DNA from: Felis catus
Lineage: Eukaryota
Direction of reading: 5' to 3'
Assembly: GCF_018350175.1 (NCBI RefSeq)
Contig: NC_058368.1
Span: forward strand, 28,708,001 to 28,772,000
Length of the DNA stretch: 64,000 nucleotides
In this document: positions 1 through 13,301 of the stretch, piece by piece
Layout: every line of letters starts with the position of its first letter
Numbering within the stretch: position 1 is the stretch's first letter
Notes under the pieces: generated by a model
Seen by the model: the letters and a program-made list of their open reading frames with translations, nothing else
Told to the model about the DNA's origin: nothing
Databases searched by the model: none
Program-made: the position numbers and the translations under genes

Positions 1-1231
1 TTGATAAGTATTATTACCTTTATTTTGAAAATAAGAAAAGCCCGGAAGATTCAGAATTCTTGTCCAAGGACACTGATAAAGGACAGGATGAGAAATCACA
101 ACTAGATCTGTTTGGCTTCAAAGGCTTTTTTTTTTTTTTTTCCTCCATTATATTATGTTTCCTCTTTGGATGCTTAGGAAACACCACTAGTTTTAAAGGA
201 TTTATTATAATGGGATGAGAACTTAGCATAATTTTCTGAAATGTTAATTTTAATCTTTATATATATGACAAATTGAAGTCTGTGGAGGGAGAAAATCATA
301 ATTTGGATTACTTTAATAGACTTATTTTAAAGTCCTTGAATACGCCCGGGCAAAAATAGTACACATTTTTTTTTAAAACAAGTATCGGCTAGGGATTGAA
401 TAAGGAATGTAGCCCAACATGAACCAGATGTTTGATTTTTACATAGAGAAGGAAATGTTAGACTATAGGATCAAGCTCTCCGGTATTATTTGGACATCAG
501 TTTATCATTATGTGGACTCCTGGAAGGTAGCATCTTGTGCCTGAAAACAATGAAGTCAGGGATTTCTCTTGCGCACAGGGCTGTGTTTATATTAGGTTAT
601 GCGTGGCAGTTTGGCAGTTTGTTTTGCAGATGTTCGTAATGTACAGTCTTACATCTTGTTTCTATTTCTAGAATGCTTTTAAGTATGACTCATGTTTTCT
701 TGAGGCCATCCTAAAAATACAGCTAGTTTCAAGCATTAATGTAAAATACACCACAGACACCACACGGCACTACATAATGCGTTCTCTCAGTAGTTTAATG
801 TAATTTTTTGACAAATTAAATATTTTCTTTGACAAAATATACTATCCTAAAATATGAGCAAGTGGAAATGGGAGGTTTTTTAGAGAAACAGCCCTCTCAT
901 AACATAATGTAAAATAAAATGAATTAGAAATTTCAATAAAAGGAGAAAAACAGGGTATCATTGACATCCTCAAAAACCAAGAAATAAAATTAATGGCCAG
1001 AAAAGCAACTCCATTAAGTTCGATGGAGCCCCCATGAGGCACACACTTGTAGGGAAATTCTTGGATCTGAAGGTAGAGCCTGTTAAAAAGATTTTGGAGG
1101 GGCAATAGGACATCACGGCTATAGTGTAAACTTTGAACTCAAACGCTGAGATCTAAGTCTTGGTTTATGCACATACAAACTGTGAACACCTCAAGAACTT
1201 TGATTTTCTTATTTGAAAAATGTAGGGAATG

Positions 1232-1440
1232 AATATTTAATGAAGTGCTTGTATGACACTTAACTATTATCAGTCACTGTTCTAAATGCCTAGCTTAATC
1301 CTCATAATAACCTTATAAGTAGGTACATTTATTATATCTGTTATACAGATGGAGAACCTGAACACAGAGAGTTTAAATAGCTGATTAAGTTTACATAGCT
1401 GGTAAACAGCAGAGTTGGGATTTGAGCAGTCTGGCTTGAT
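1232..1440 (-). mobile_element. MIR SINE, apparently nested in a + strand MIR (about 1115-1565)
   Basis: Reverse-complement MIR core (ttaatcctcataataacc...tacagatggagaacctgaacacagagag...agagttgggatttga). The flanks resemble the two halves of a sense MIR. Confidence 0.65.
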
Positions 1441-1920
1441 TCCGTATCTGTACACAGTATAGTCTGCTAAATCCCAGGGTTGTCATGAGATCCTGTATGA
1501 AAAGTCATTTGTATTTTTATCTGGCATATGAAATGAATGCACTAAATTATAACCATTATTATTACTGTTTATTGGGTAAAGAAAAATAAGGGAAAGGAAA
1601 AAGTCTTCTTGAAGATATGGCATTGACTGCAAGGCCAGCCACACGATTCAGAAGCTGCTTATACATATTAAGAAAATTATGTAGAATTGGAATGTGATGA
1701 TGAGAGCCTTAGATATTCTGACATCTAACATCTCAGTCTACAGGTAGAACTTAATCACTCTTGACTTGCCTCCCTAACAATGTCATCTTTCAGAAAATAG
1801 GGGAAACTAAGGGGAACTCTTCCTCTGGGCTTACTTGTGACTAAATAGAAATAATGCATTTGTGGCATGCAAGCAACAGAAACCCTGGAAAAAAAAAACC
1901 CACACATGTCAACCCAGGCA

Positions 1921-2128
1921 CAGTATTTCTCAACAAGGGTGCCATTAACATACTGGGCAGATGGGACTGTCTTGGACATCATATGTAGGATCACTAAATG
2001 TCAGTAGTGCACCCAGTCATCCCTCGTCCCCCAAGGCTTTGCAACAACCAGAAGTACCCCGGACATTTCCAAATGTCTCTGGCGGGCATAGCATGATGGC
2101 AGTATTGCCACTGGTTGAGAACCACTAC
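1921..2128 (-). mobile_element. MER20-like hAT-Charlie DNA transposon fossil
   Basis: Terminal inverted repeats cagtatttctcaac ... gttgagaaccact and internal ggacatttccaaatgtc resemble the recalled MER20 consensus. Confidence 0.7.
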
Positions 2129-3120
2129 TGAGTGGCAAGAGGAAAGGAAGAGATTGCTGAGAATTGTCAGATGTGCCTTAGGCCAGCGGTCCTCAACACA
2201 TTAGGATCACGTCAAGTGGAAGAACACCTATGAGCATCCTCGCAGTTATACTCAGTTCCCAGAATTCCTGCTTTAAATAACTATGCCTTTCTCTCCTACT
2301 TAAGAAAGTACGTGGTATACAAACTGCTCTGTAAATACAGGCATAATTGATTCTTCTTGACTTTGCTAAAATATATATATTATTCCGAAACCTCAGCACT
2401 TCATCGACACTGACAACTTAGGAGAGGCAGACCTCACATTTGATTAGGAACTGGTGCCTTCAACTTTAAAAAAGCCTTGAAAATGTATACAGTTCCAAGG
2501 TCAAGGCATTCAAAATGGAATGGAGCTATATAGAACTAAATGGAGACTCTATAATTATGAATAGTTACAACAGTTATAAATAATAGACAGTGGAAGGAAG
2601 TTGAAGAGACCAACTTGGCTTTACCTTCTAGAACTTTGGAAATGTCGTATTTTAAATAGTCAAGTCCAGGTAATGGAAGGTCAGGCACATTGCCAAAGCT
2701 GAATACAAAGGAGTGACACTGAAGTGTAGAGAAGGCCTGTGGCCAAGGTAAGCGAAGATTTGTAAAAATATAAAGAAAGAAATCCCAGAAATGTTTATGT
2801 TTTTAATTATGTATTTGATACCAGTGTAAGAAGAGATAATAGATCTGCAGGATAGGGAACATTGTGTAATTTATGATAGAGAAGTTAGAACTTAACTTTT
2901 ATCTTGTGTCATCCTTAAACAGCAAGCAGACTGACTCATCTTGAAATAAGAAAGAGTAGACTATATATCACAAAGGTGGATTTAAGCCTGAAGTAGGAAA
3001 GGAAATAGTTAAGTGGACATTTGATAGTTATAAATGAGGTTGAATCTCCAATCTCGGGTGAATTGCTTCCATTGCATCATGAAACTCCTTGATAGATTCT
3101 CAGAGGTCTAGGTCTTAGAG

Positions 3121-3355
3121 CAATGTTTCTCAATATGTTTTTCATTATTGCTCTACTAAAGACATTTACCTCCCCCGTCCCCATTGTCTTTCCCCAATCT
3201 CATGAAACGTCAGTACCACAGATATACTGTATATCTTTTACACACGGTATCCCTTTAGTGGACAACAGACCCTTGTAATATCTAAGAATTCTTTTCAACC
3301 CCTCTTTAACTTCAGATCTTGCCCCCTTGGGGGTGATATGCTCCCTATGCATGTT
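3121..3355. mobile_element. hAT-type non-autonomous DNA transposon fossil (family not assigned)
   Basis: caatgtttctcaa terminus, internal accacagatatactgtatatc and gcccccttgggggtgatat motifs. Confidence 0.5.
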
Positions 3356-3769
3356 GTAGAGGATTCATAGAGGACAGGAGAGAAACCAAGCACCTCTGAT
3401 CAGGTGTTGAGTCTCCTTATTTTTAGACATAGAGGCACTTGATTTGGGGAGGTTACAAGATGCTTTGGTGTGATCCCAGTGACATGATAAACCAAGCAGG
3501 CTGCCCCAAACCTTGTTCTTGACCGTCTCACCCTGATAAAGAAAATCAGAAATTTATCTTTATTTTTTCCAATGATTAAATGTTAGCTTTGGGGGATGGG
3601 TTAGGGGGATACTACCCTCGTAATGTGCTGTTGAAGGTTGTCGGGGAAGCATAGCTTTAGCCTTGGCAGGTGTTCTTAGTTTGAATTCTTTCATGGCCTC
3701 ACTGGGTGATTAAACAAAGTGTAAAAAGTATGGAATATATTCAGTACATGTAAAAGACTTTTAGGATAC

Positions 3770-3795
3770 GTGTGTGTGTGTGTGTGTGTGTGTGT
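3770..3795 (+). repeat. (GT)n microsatellite
   Basis: About 13 GT units read directly. Confidence 0.9.
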
Positions 3796-4527
3796 TTATG
3801 TGTAAAATTCAACACAATAATAAAGCAAAACTGTAACCCACATCCAGTATAGGAACTAGAATATTACCAAAATCATTGAAGCTATCTGTGAGAATCTCTG
3901 ATTCCATGCCCAAGTGTCCATTATTCTCAGTTTATCATTCTCTTGATTTTTTTGCTTTTCAAGCACTGTTTTATTACATATGTATGTCTAATGAATTCAG
4001 TTTGCTAGTTTACTGAGCGTTATCAAAAATAGCATCATATGGGATTTATTCAGTGACTTAATTTTTTCGCTCAATACTATACCTTTAAGGAATTAATATT
4101 GTTAGAAGTAGTGGTAGTTCATTCTGTTTTTGTTGTTATGTAATATTCCTTCATGTGTATTTTATCCACCTCCAGTCTCCAGTTGTATTTTTATTTTTTA
4201 AAGAATTAATAAGCTATATTTTTCTTTGTTGTATTCAGTTTGTTTTGAATAACACTCCATGATTATTCTATGTGTCTACCAATGAACAAGGGCGAGAGTT
4301 TTTCTTATGTACCTAGGAATGCACTTTCTGGGTCACTGAGTGATTTACAAATGAGCAAACACAAATTAATTGTGTTAATTCAAACATTTATAAAATGCTT
4401 AGGCAGATGAGCGGATTGACAGATTTAATAGTAGACTTAGAAGGGCATTGAATGAAGTAGTCTTCTGTTCCCAACAGTTGCACATGTAAGTCTTCAAACC
4501 TTCTAACTGTGAAGTTTGAAAGATCTC

Positions 4528-4755
4528 GGGGCGCCTGGGTGGCGCAGTCGGTTAAGCGTCCGACTTCAGCCAGGTCACGATCTCGCGGTCTGGGAGTTCG
4601 AGCCCCGCGTCGGGCTCTGGGCTGATGGCTCGGAGCCTGGAGCCTGTTTCCGATTCTGTGTCTCCCTCTCTCTCTGCCCCTCCCCCGTTCATGCTTTGTC
4701 TCTCTGTCCCCAAGGTGAAAAAAAAAATTAAAAAAAAAAAAAAAGAAAAAAAAAA
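4528..4755 (+). mobile_element. Young felid Can-SINE (SINEC_Fc-like)
   Basis: ggggcgcctgggtggcgcagtcggttaagcg head, CT tract, poly(A), perfect TSD tgaaagatctc at 4517-4527 and 4756-4766. Confidence 0.93.
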
Positions 4756-5004
4756 TGAAAGATCTCACAACCCATTGCCAACTTAAGTTATAATATAGTT
4801 TTCTTAAAATTTTCAAGACTGTGATAATCATTAATTGTATGGGATGATTTAGTCATGTCCCTTTTAGAACAAAAGCATTGGGCTATAGAATTGTGATAAT
4901 GATTCTAATTCCTTATATCACCCTTGAATATCACTTGTATTTCTTTAGTGACACTTAAATGTGACCATTCAAATGTTCTTGTAAGCTTTTAAATGTGATA
5001 TCAA

Positions 5005-5225
5005 AGGCACCTGGGTGGCTTATTAAATTAAACCTCTGACCCTTGGTTTTGACTCAGGTAGTGATCTCCCAGTTCATGGGTTTGAGCCCTGCATCAGGCT
5101 CCTTGCTGGCAGTGTGGAGCCTGCTTGGGATTCTCTCTCTCTCCCTTCCTGTCTGACACTCGCCTGCTCATGCTCTCTTACTCCCTCTTTCTCTAAATGA
5201 GTAAATAAAATAAATAAATAAATAA
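5005..5225 (+). mobile_element. Older Can-SINE
   Basis: ggcacctgggtggct head, CT tract, (TAAA)n tail. Confidence 0.85.
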
Positions 5226-5386
5226 CAAGTGTGATATTATGTGATTCTTTGTGATATCATAAGCTTTGTCCTGTTTTAACATTGGTAACAATGGTTTTAA
5301 AGCAGTAAAGCAGTGTGAGAATTCACCAGGTCGATGTATTGATGAGTATGTGTGTTGTTCATGTATATAGAGAGATAGATACACTT

Positions 5387-5602
5387 AAAAAATTTTTTTT
5401 TAATGTTTATTTATTTATGAGACAGAGAGAGACAGAGCATGAACAGGGGAGGGTCAGAGAGAGGGAGACACAGAATTGGAAACAGGCTCCAGGCTCAGAG
5501 CTGTCAGCCCAGAGCCCGACGCGGGGCTCAAACTCACAGACTGTGAGATCATGACCTGAGTCGAAGCCAGACGCCCAACCGACTGAGCCACCCAGGCGCC
5601 CC
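5387..5602 (-). mobile_element. Can-SINE, antisense, about 107 nt upstream of the 5710 exon
   Basis: Reverse-complement SINE with TSD tagatacactt at 5376-5386 and 5603-5613. Confidence 0.92.
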
Positions 5603-5709
5603 TAGATACACTTTTTAAAATATAATACACTATATGCCTTGATTCTTAGAGGTTTATAAGTAGTAGTCTGATTTGCATTTCATTTCATCTTGTTTTTTCA
5701 TGCTTGAAG

Positions 5710-5840
5710 TTTCAGACTCTCTGGCTCAATCTGTAATTCAGCATCTAAGATGGATGATGCAGAAGGATCTTTTGGGGCAAGATGTCTTTCTCATAGGACC
5801 TCCTGGGCCTCTTCGACGCTCTATTGCTATGCAGTACCTG
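5710..5840 (+). CDS. VWA8: VWA8 coding exon (probable exon 3), 131 nt, phase 1 to 0
   Basis: Acceptor ttttttcatgcttgaAG, donor CTG|GTAAGC. Encodes (I)SDSLAQSVIQHLRWMMQKDLLGQDVFLIGPPGPLRRSIAMQYL. Confidence 0.93.
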
Positions 5841-6261
5841 GTAAGCAATCAATTCTTATGGATTCCTAAGGGTCTTAACTTTGATTAATTGTGTTCTAAC
5901 ATAAATTAAGATTAAGAATTTACAAAAATATCAAGATTATTCATTACTTGAAAAAAACTTTAATGTTGAAGGATGCTTTCTTTAATAAGGAGTGTGGAAT
6001 AAGTTATTTGGGAAGCAGATGTATATTTTTCATAGCTTTAACAAAATTTTGTTGTCACAAAAAGTTCTCAACTTCTGATAAAAAAGAAATACAAATTCAG
6101 GCAATGAGTAGCAGATAGAATCAGCAACTATGAGGTTACAAAACAAAACTTAGTTTTATATTACATTATATAATACTATATGTTGTATTACATTATTATA
6201 TTATTTTGTTATATTAATTTCATATTATATATTTTATATTTATATTACTCAAGAAATATCC

Positions 6262-6735
6262 TTTTTTCTTTTTTAAATTTTTTAAATTTTTGTTCATTTT
6301 TTTTTTAATACAATTTGGGGCGCCTGGGTGGCGCAGTCGGTTAAGCGTCCGACTTCAGCCAGGTCACAATCTCACGGTCCGGGAGTTTGAGCCCCGTGTC
6401 AGGCTCTGGGCTGATGGCTCAGAGCCTGGAGCCTGTTTCCGATTCTGTGTCTCCCTCTCTCTCTGCCCCTCCCCCGTTCATGCTCTGTCTCTCTCTGTCC
6501 CAAAAAATAAATAAACGTTGAAAAAAAAATTAAAAAAAAATACAATTTATCGTCAAATTGGCTAATATACCGTGTGTAAAGTGTGCTCTTGGGTTTTGGG
6601 GTAGATTCCCATGATGCATCGCTTACCTACAACACCCAATGCTCATCCCAACAAGTGCCCTCCTTAATGTCCATCACCCATTTTCCCTTCTCCCCCACCC
6701 CCCCAACAACCCTCAGATTGTTCTCTGTATTTAAG
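6262..6735 (-). mobile_element. 5'-truncated carnivore L1 3' end, interrupted by a SINE
   Basis: Poly(T) followed by tacaatttatcgtcaaattggcta...acaacacccaatgctcatcccaacaagtgccctccttaatg, typical of a carnivore L1 3'UTR. Confidence 0.8.
6317..6538 (+). mobile_element. Young felid Can-SINE inserted in an L1 tail
   Basis: Full SINE with TSD aatacaattt at 6307-6316 and 6539-6548. Confidence 0.93.
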
Positions 6736-9329
6736 GCCCACATTTTAAAAAGCCAAATAATTCTCTTGACTTTTTGTTGTTATATGGTCTTTAAGGAGAG
6801 CCTGCAGTTTGTCAAATATCTCTTATATGTTACATGCTTTTTTCCTTCACATAGATGAGAAAACAAGTTTATGAAATAACTCACTCAAGCTTTTTTCCAG
6901 CTAGTAAATGATAGAGCTAGACTTCAAGTCTTCTTTCTGACCTGTTATCCTCTTACATGTTTGTAGTTATCTGAATACTGTTGTGAAGTGAGTTGAAATA
7001 TTAAAATCTCAATCCAAATAAAAAAAAATTGTATAAGACCTTTTTCCCCAGTTTGCCTGCATTAATAGGCATTGCTGTATTGATGGGAGGAAGATTGCCA
7101 TCAGGTGAAGTTGTTCTGCCTGAAGATATTTTTTAGGATGAAGGGGAAGAACTTTACTTTAAGCTTCCTTGTGTTACTTGATATTGAAGAATTGATTTCT
7201 GTGCTATTTGAAATATGCTTCATGTCCTCTTTTATTTCAGTGGTGAATTTATTTTGGTACTTCCAAAATCATGTAGGGTGAGGATGATCAAAATACAATG
7301 GACAAATCAGAACTTAACTCTTTCTAGCCCGTACCTTCCATATCTTTTATTTGCTTCTGGAATGAGCTTGTGAGGTATAAGGGGTCATCATAGTATTATC
7401 CTCATTTTATTGATAAATAAGGCAAAAGCGGCTTGCCTAAGAATGCAAAGTCAGCTACCGAGAATCCATTCCGCCTGGTTCATTTCAAAGACCATAATAT
7501 CTCACTCTGATTTTGTTTCTGGGCAAGATTCTGAAGCTTGTTAGGAGTGTGGAATGAGAAAGGCTAGGACATTATAGGTGTCTTGTGGGTTCAAAGATGC
7601 AATATAACCTGTTTCTTTAAAAAAAGAAAACAACAACAAACTTTAAATTGTGAATCAGAGCTAAGGCAGCTTAAGGATGTGGAAATACACATAAGAAAAC
7701 AGTAGCCTAAGCTGCCTTGCAAACTCTGCCCTGGGTACTGTTGCTGTTAGATGTAAGATCCCATGCTTAGTAATATCCAGAGTAGATGAAGTCTTTACAG
7801 GCAGAGATTTGGGAGCATAATTTGATAGTTGTGTTTACTTTATATTTAATTTATATAGAAGGAGTTGTGTAGATAGCTCAACAAACTCAACACACCCCTG
7901 CTGCCTCCTTGATCTGCCGCTCCTGGTACTGTTTGAACTTGCTCATACCATTTCTGGGAAGCAGCAGCTGAGGAGACATAGGCATTTGTCTTGCCTGAGG
8001 AACCAGGATTATATCTTCAGTGTGGCAGTTCAGGGTGTTACTAGGTACAGTTTAACAATAAGAGACGTCGCTTTGTCAACCAATTTTGATAGGGATTTTC
8101 AGTGATCACATTCAGCCAGTCAATGAAATAGACATGAAGGTACCAATGATACGTTAAGAAACAAGAAGGAGGCATCTGCTAAAAAGAGAAATTGTGTCTT
8201 TAGTCCAAAATTGTGCTTTCAGCGGCAATTCATTCTTATTTAGAAAAATATTGTTTTGTATCAACACATCTTTACCACTATGACGTGTGTTTTCTCTATT
8301 TAAAATGTTTTCTACTTTCCATACATACTTAAATTTATAGTGCATGGGAACAGGCATATTTTATAAAACCAAAATGACAACTATGGTATATTTTTATCAA
8401 CATGATATGGCAGAGAAAAAAAATTCTGTTGAGTGAAATACCCTTTTTTACCATTAATGGCGTGCTCATTCAATTTTTTCCCTTATACTTCAGTAAATTA
8501 ATTTGTTCTCTCTGTTTAATAAGAACATATTGTATGCCTTACTCAACTGGAGAACATCATTGTTTTTAATTCAATGTTGTAAAACCAAGGCTAATGTTAA
8601 AACCTTTTGTACATGGTTGTCACATGCAGGGAAAAATGACGTTAGGGATGGATAAATTATTCTAAAAGAAATGGATTCTGGATGATTTCTCCTTCAAATC
8701 AAAAATGTTTGTTTTATATGAAAGAATTCTTTTTTCCCTCTCCTCCTGCTTTCATCCTTCTTCATCTTTCTCCCCCTGCATAGCTATCTATGTATGTCTT
8801 CCTTCTCTCTTCTGTTGACCTGACTACTGGTATTTACCTTATTTTCACACTTGGTAAAGTGTGATCTAATGTATCACAGACAGTTGGTAAACATTGGTTA
8901 ATGGGCTTAATTAATGTAGATCACCCTTTTAAAATAAGGTGAACATTACTTACTAAAATGGCTATCATTTGTAAATAACAAAAAAAAAAACAAAAAACAA
9001 AAAAACACCAAGTTGGCAAGTTATTACTCGTGATATTTGAAAAGAATTCTATAGAAGATATTAAGATTTATAATATCTGATTATAATAATAATTGCTAAG
9101 GAAGTACATAATTATCAAGTAGTCAACTATTGGTGCATTAGAGCTCTGAGCAGAGGTACATACATGTTTTGATTAATGCTCAATGTTTTGCATTTTTCTC
9201 AAAGCTAAGACTCATGATTTCATTTAAAATGCTCATCTCTAGGGCAGTGGCATTGTCAGATAACTGGCTCCCAAGAATATGTTGAGAATTTGTTTTAATT
9301 CTGGAACAATTTCACTCTCTGCTCTACAG

Positions 9330-9440
9330 GAGCTGACCAAACGGGAAGTTGAATACATTGCCCTATCAAGAGACACCACTGAAACTGATCTCAAACAGCG
9401 ACGAGAGATCCGCGCAGGCACTGCTTTTTACATTGATCAG
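9330..9440 (+). CDS. VWA8: VWA8 coding exon (probable exon 4), 111 nt, with GC donor
   Basis: Acceptor ctctctgctctacAG, donor CAG|GCAAGT. Encodes ELTKREVEYIALSRDTTETDLKQRREIRAGTAFYIDQ. Confidence 0.94.
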
Positions 9441-10019
9441 GCAAGTTCTTATCACACTCCAGCACATGAGTGTTTACTCCAGGGCTAGGCAAAATTGATT
9501 TTTAAAGTAGAAAGAGATTAGCTCACATAATAGTGAAAGGTAGATGTACAGTGCTTTCTCTAGGCAGATTTAATTTAGATTTTTGGTTTCCTTGTTCTTA
9601 GAAATGCCTCTGGGTTTAGCACTAAATAAAAAACTGCAAATGAAATTAGTGGTTCTAAAATGTTACCTAAAGAACAAGATGCTGATTTCTTAATTTTTAA
9701 TTGTTTCCTACTACTTGCACATAGAAATTTGAATTTTTAAGAAAGAATTGAGATTTTAATATAGAAGTTCTCTAGCACATTTATAACAGTATTCTCATTC
9801 TAAAAGTCAAGGAGTTAAAGGTATACTAAACATAATGAAACTAAATATATACTTTCAGGAACTATAGCTTTGTTTGAGGGAGGGTTTCTTAGGTACAGAT
9901 TACCAACTATAATAATATTTTATGAATATTATAATGAAGCTTATTATACATTTCTTCAAACACATAGCTTAAAATATTAAATATTGTTATCCATTAGGAA
10001 TACCTGATAGAAAAAAGGA

Positions 10020-10790
10020 CAGAGACCTTATATAAGCAACTCATAGAGGAAAGATTTCAAATGTCCAATGTATTCATGACAAGATGCTTCTTGTTTACAA
10101 AAATAAAAATTGAAATATTAATGAGTTGCTTTCTTTCTTTCAATTCTCATATTGGCAAAGATTAAAGAATTTGCTAATGTCCATTATTGATGAGGAAGAA
10201 GGAAGGAGGAACAGCATTGCTGTTGGTGCAATTTTGAAAGAAAATTTGGCAATACCTATTAAAAGAAAAGAAATTAAATATATCTGGACCCAGAAGTTAC
10301 GTTTCTGGCAATTTTATCTTCTTCCAAATGTTATTCACATAAAGTATACATAGTTATATGCAATGGTATTTACGATAGCATTGTTCAGGATCATAAAACT
10401 GTAAGTGAAAACTGTAATAATGTATATTTAGGAAACTAGTTAAACTAAGTTAAATAAATAATGGTAAGTAGAATTCTTTATAGCCATTAAAAAGAATGAG
10501 ATGAATCTATGTGAATCTATATAGATTACTATATGTAGTAATAGGAAAGAAGTCCAGGATAAAGCATAAAAAATAAAGTTGCAAGACAACATAGATAATA
10601 TGATTGTATTTATGGTAAAAAGAAAAAGAAATATATAAATGTGTATGTGTTGGAAATTTCCAGGAGGATGCACAAGAATCAATTAAAAGAGCTGACTTCT
10701 GTGGAAATGTGACAGCATCTCGGGTGGGGAAAGGAAGGAATTTTCGTAGTTCTTTAAATTTGAAGCTTCCTCATGAGCACACTATTACTT
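10020..10790 (+). mobile_element. Ancient L1 (L1M-type) 3' fragment
   Basis: Degenerate L1 ORF2-end and 3'UTR motifs (aatttggcaatacctatt, gatagcattgttc, atagccattaaaaagaatgag). Confidence 0.6.
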
Positions 10791-10808
10791 TATAATTAAA
10801 AGAGTATA

Positions 10809-11125
10809 CGTTTGACCTTTGAGCAATGAAGCAGTTAGGGGTGATGACCTCTGCGTAGTCAAAAATCTGCATATAACTTTTAGCTCCCCCAAACTTAACT
10901 ATTTACTAATAACTTATTGTTGATCAGAAGACTTACCAAAACTAAGTCAATTAATGTATTTTGTATAAGTATTATATACTGTATTATTACAATAATGTAA
11001 GAAAAAAATAAAATGTTATTAAGAACATCATAAAGAAAACACATTTATAGTACTGTACTATGTTGACAAAAATCTGCATATAAATAAACCCATCCGGTTC
11101 AGACGCGTTATTCAAGGACCACGTG
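10809..11125 (-). mobile_element. Tigger2a-like TcMar DNA transposon fossil
   Basis: TA-flanked, terminal repeats cgtttgacctttgagcaa ... ttattcaaggaccacgtg, internal aaaatctgcatataa repeated twice. Confidence 0.75.
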
Positions 11126-12084
11126 TAACTATAAAACAAAACAAAACAAAACACAACACAGAGTGAAAGAATTTTTGGACACCAGAATATTCATATTGTC
11201 TCATAGATTACATATTAATTAGAAAAGAAAAAAATGTGCTTAAAATGGAGAGATTTGGCTGTCACCACATGAAATGATGGTGATCACATTTAGCATCCTG
11301 TAGTGAGAAAATCCGAGAAGTTCATGTTTCCAATTAAAAAGCAATCCTTTGTAGATGAAGTGCACAAGTATATTTTAAAGAACTCTGTTTTGTTCACATA
11401 ATGCCAAGGTTCACTTTATACGTAGTTTCTAATTACTCATGGAAAAAGATGTACCTTGACAATGCCTGCTTCTTTTCTGAACCCCGTGAGGCCGAGAGTA
11501 AGGAACTGGGGAGAGAGCTTAGAAAACAAGACTACAGCCTAAATAGTGCAGAGGAGATTGGGATAGATTTAATGACACCGAAAGAATTGGCTTTGTTTGG
11601 TAGAGTATAGATTTTAAAACATACTTTTTGAATGAATTTTATATCTGGATTGATTATTGCAATGCAAATAGTGAGGAAGAGAAAGTGGACTTTTATATGC
11701 TTATTATTTTAAAGGCACTTTAAGACTTTGTATTTCTTGAAGCATAAAGTAAATTATTTAGATAACACTGTGTAATATACTCTCCCTGCTGTTCTAAAAA
11801 GCATATTTTTAGGTGACATCTATTTTACAGTTTATAAAATATTTAAAGTGCTATTATAAATGTATGGTAGTATTTTTTCTTTGTTTTCTTGGCAAATCCT
11901 TCTTGTTATGACGAAAATCAGTTGTTCAGGATGTGATGCATTGACACCTTCAGAGCCTGCGATCATGGTATAGGAACATCGGTCCTTTTCCTGTTACTTC
12001 AGACTTGAGACTGTATCTGGTTTCCATATTTTTTCTTTTGTCTCTTAATAATCTTTATTCTTTGTTCATAATCAGATCTTAACA

Positions 12085-12590
12085 GTTCCTTGCTTACACC
12101 TGTGCAGTCTCATCACACCCAGAATAAAATCCAATCCCTTTAATATGCCTACAGTATTCTACAGGACTTAATCTTTTCTACCTCAGCTCCTTTCCCTCTT
12201 TCCCTTGCTTTCTAGGCTCCTGCTTACATGGTCTTGTTCTCTTAAAAATAGATTGAATGCTTTCCAGCTTCAGAACCTTTGTACTTAATGTTCCCTCTGC
12301 CTAGTATGACCTCCCAGATTTGTATATTCCTGCTTCCTCATCATTCAGATTGTAAATTCTCAGAACATTTAACTAATCACTGATGATGCCCACCCCATTG
12401 CCATATATATAGCCCTATATATCACATATTACACAATGTGATCTTCTGAGTATCCATCACTATTTGAATTTACCTAATTATTTCTTTGTTTCCATGTTTA
12501 TTGTCATATTCCCCACTAGAATGTAACTTTCATGCTTAACTCTGACATCTAAAAACTGTCTGGAATATAATTGACACTTATATTTAATGA
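12085..12590 (+). mobile_element. L2 LINE 3' fragment
   Basis: agaataaaatccaa, ttccctctgcctagtatg and ccccactagaatgtaa are L2-type motifs. Confidence 0.65.
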
Positions 12591-13301
12591 CAGATTTCTC
12601 CTTTGGATAATCAATGTTGTTAAATTTTCAAGTAAATTAAAAATTAAATTTTTAAGTAAATTTTTTTAAGTAAATAGGTTCTGGATAAGACCAGGATGCT
12701 CACCAGTCGAAAAATGTTTGTCTTTTTGACGCCTGTTTGGAGTCCTCAGAATGAATAATTCCCATCTGAATTCTAGATGAAGTTGCCAATTGATTACCAG
12801 CTAGTCATATATTTGTTAGACTGAAAGGTCTTTATTTAGAAATTTCTTTTATTTATTTAATATTGTTAACCATAGTCATAGAACAGTAAGAATAATAAAT
12901 ATTCTTAAATTGATGTCTGGGATCAAAGGAAAGGCAGTATCTTCATTCATCAGTAGGTGATGGCTCCAACTTAGATGGCCAACCTAGTTGGGAAAAATAC
13001 CTGTGGCCATCAGGTGGGTGCTGGGAGAGGTTTGGATTTTTCAGTGTGGTCGATGTATGCACATATGAGTGATGTTCAAGTAATTACTAATTGACATTTC
13101 AGCCAGAAACCTTGCCAAAACCTCTGATTCCAATTGAGGGTCATGACTATCATCCTAATCACTTATTTTCCTGCAGGATTAAAGATGATTGATGATAAAG
13201 TAAGAGGTTAAACTGAACTGCTACTCTTGAAGGTTGGAATTAGGTTAATAATTCTATAGTAGGGAATTTGTATTATTTTTTTCCGATGATATAAAAAATG
13301 T

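Noticed and set aside
4528..4610. tRNA-like A-box/B-box sequences
   Set aside because: These are the tRNA-derived heads of Can-SINEs, with CT tract, poly(A) and TSD; not tRNA genes.
4388..4831. 147-aa minus-strand ORF and similar ORFs (5315, 6290, 47533, 53055 and others)
   Set aside because: They are translations of Can-SINE sequence (ERGRGRERGRHR...) and recur at every SINE copy; not genes.
1..5700. Search for the upstream VWA8 exon (GDTVNIGDVSYKLK...) or a CpG-island promoter
   Set aside because: Not found by eye; the region is AT-rich intron, so these presumably lie upstream of the window.
12620..12675. Short tandem duplications (also about 15025-15050, 16528-16578, 29559-29594, 48977-49000)
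   Set aside because: Two or three AT-rich slippage copies without unique spacers; not CRISPR-like and no evident function.
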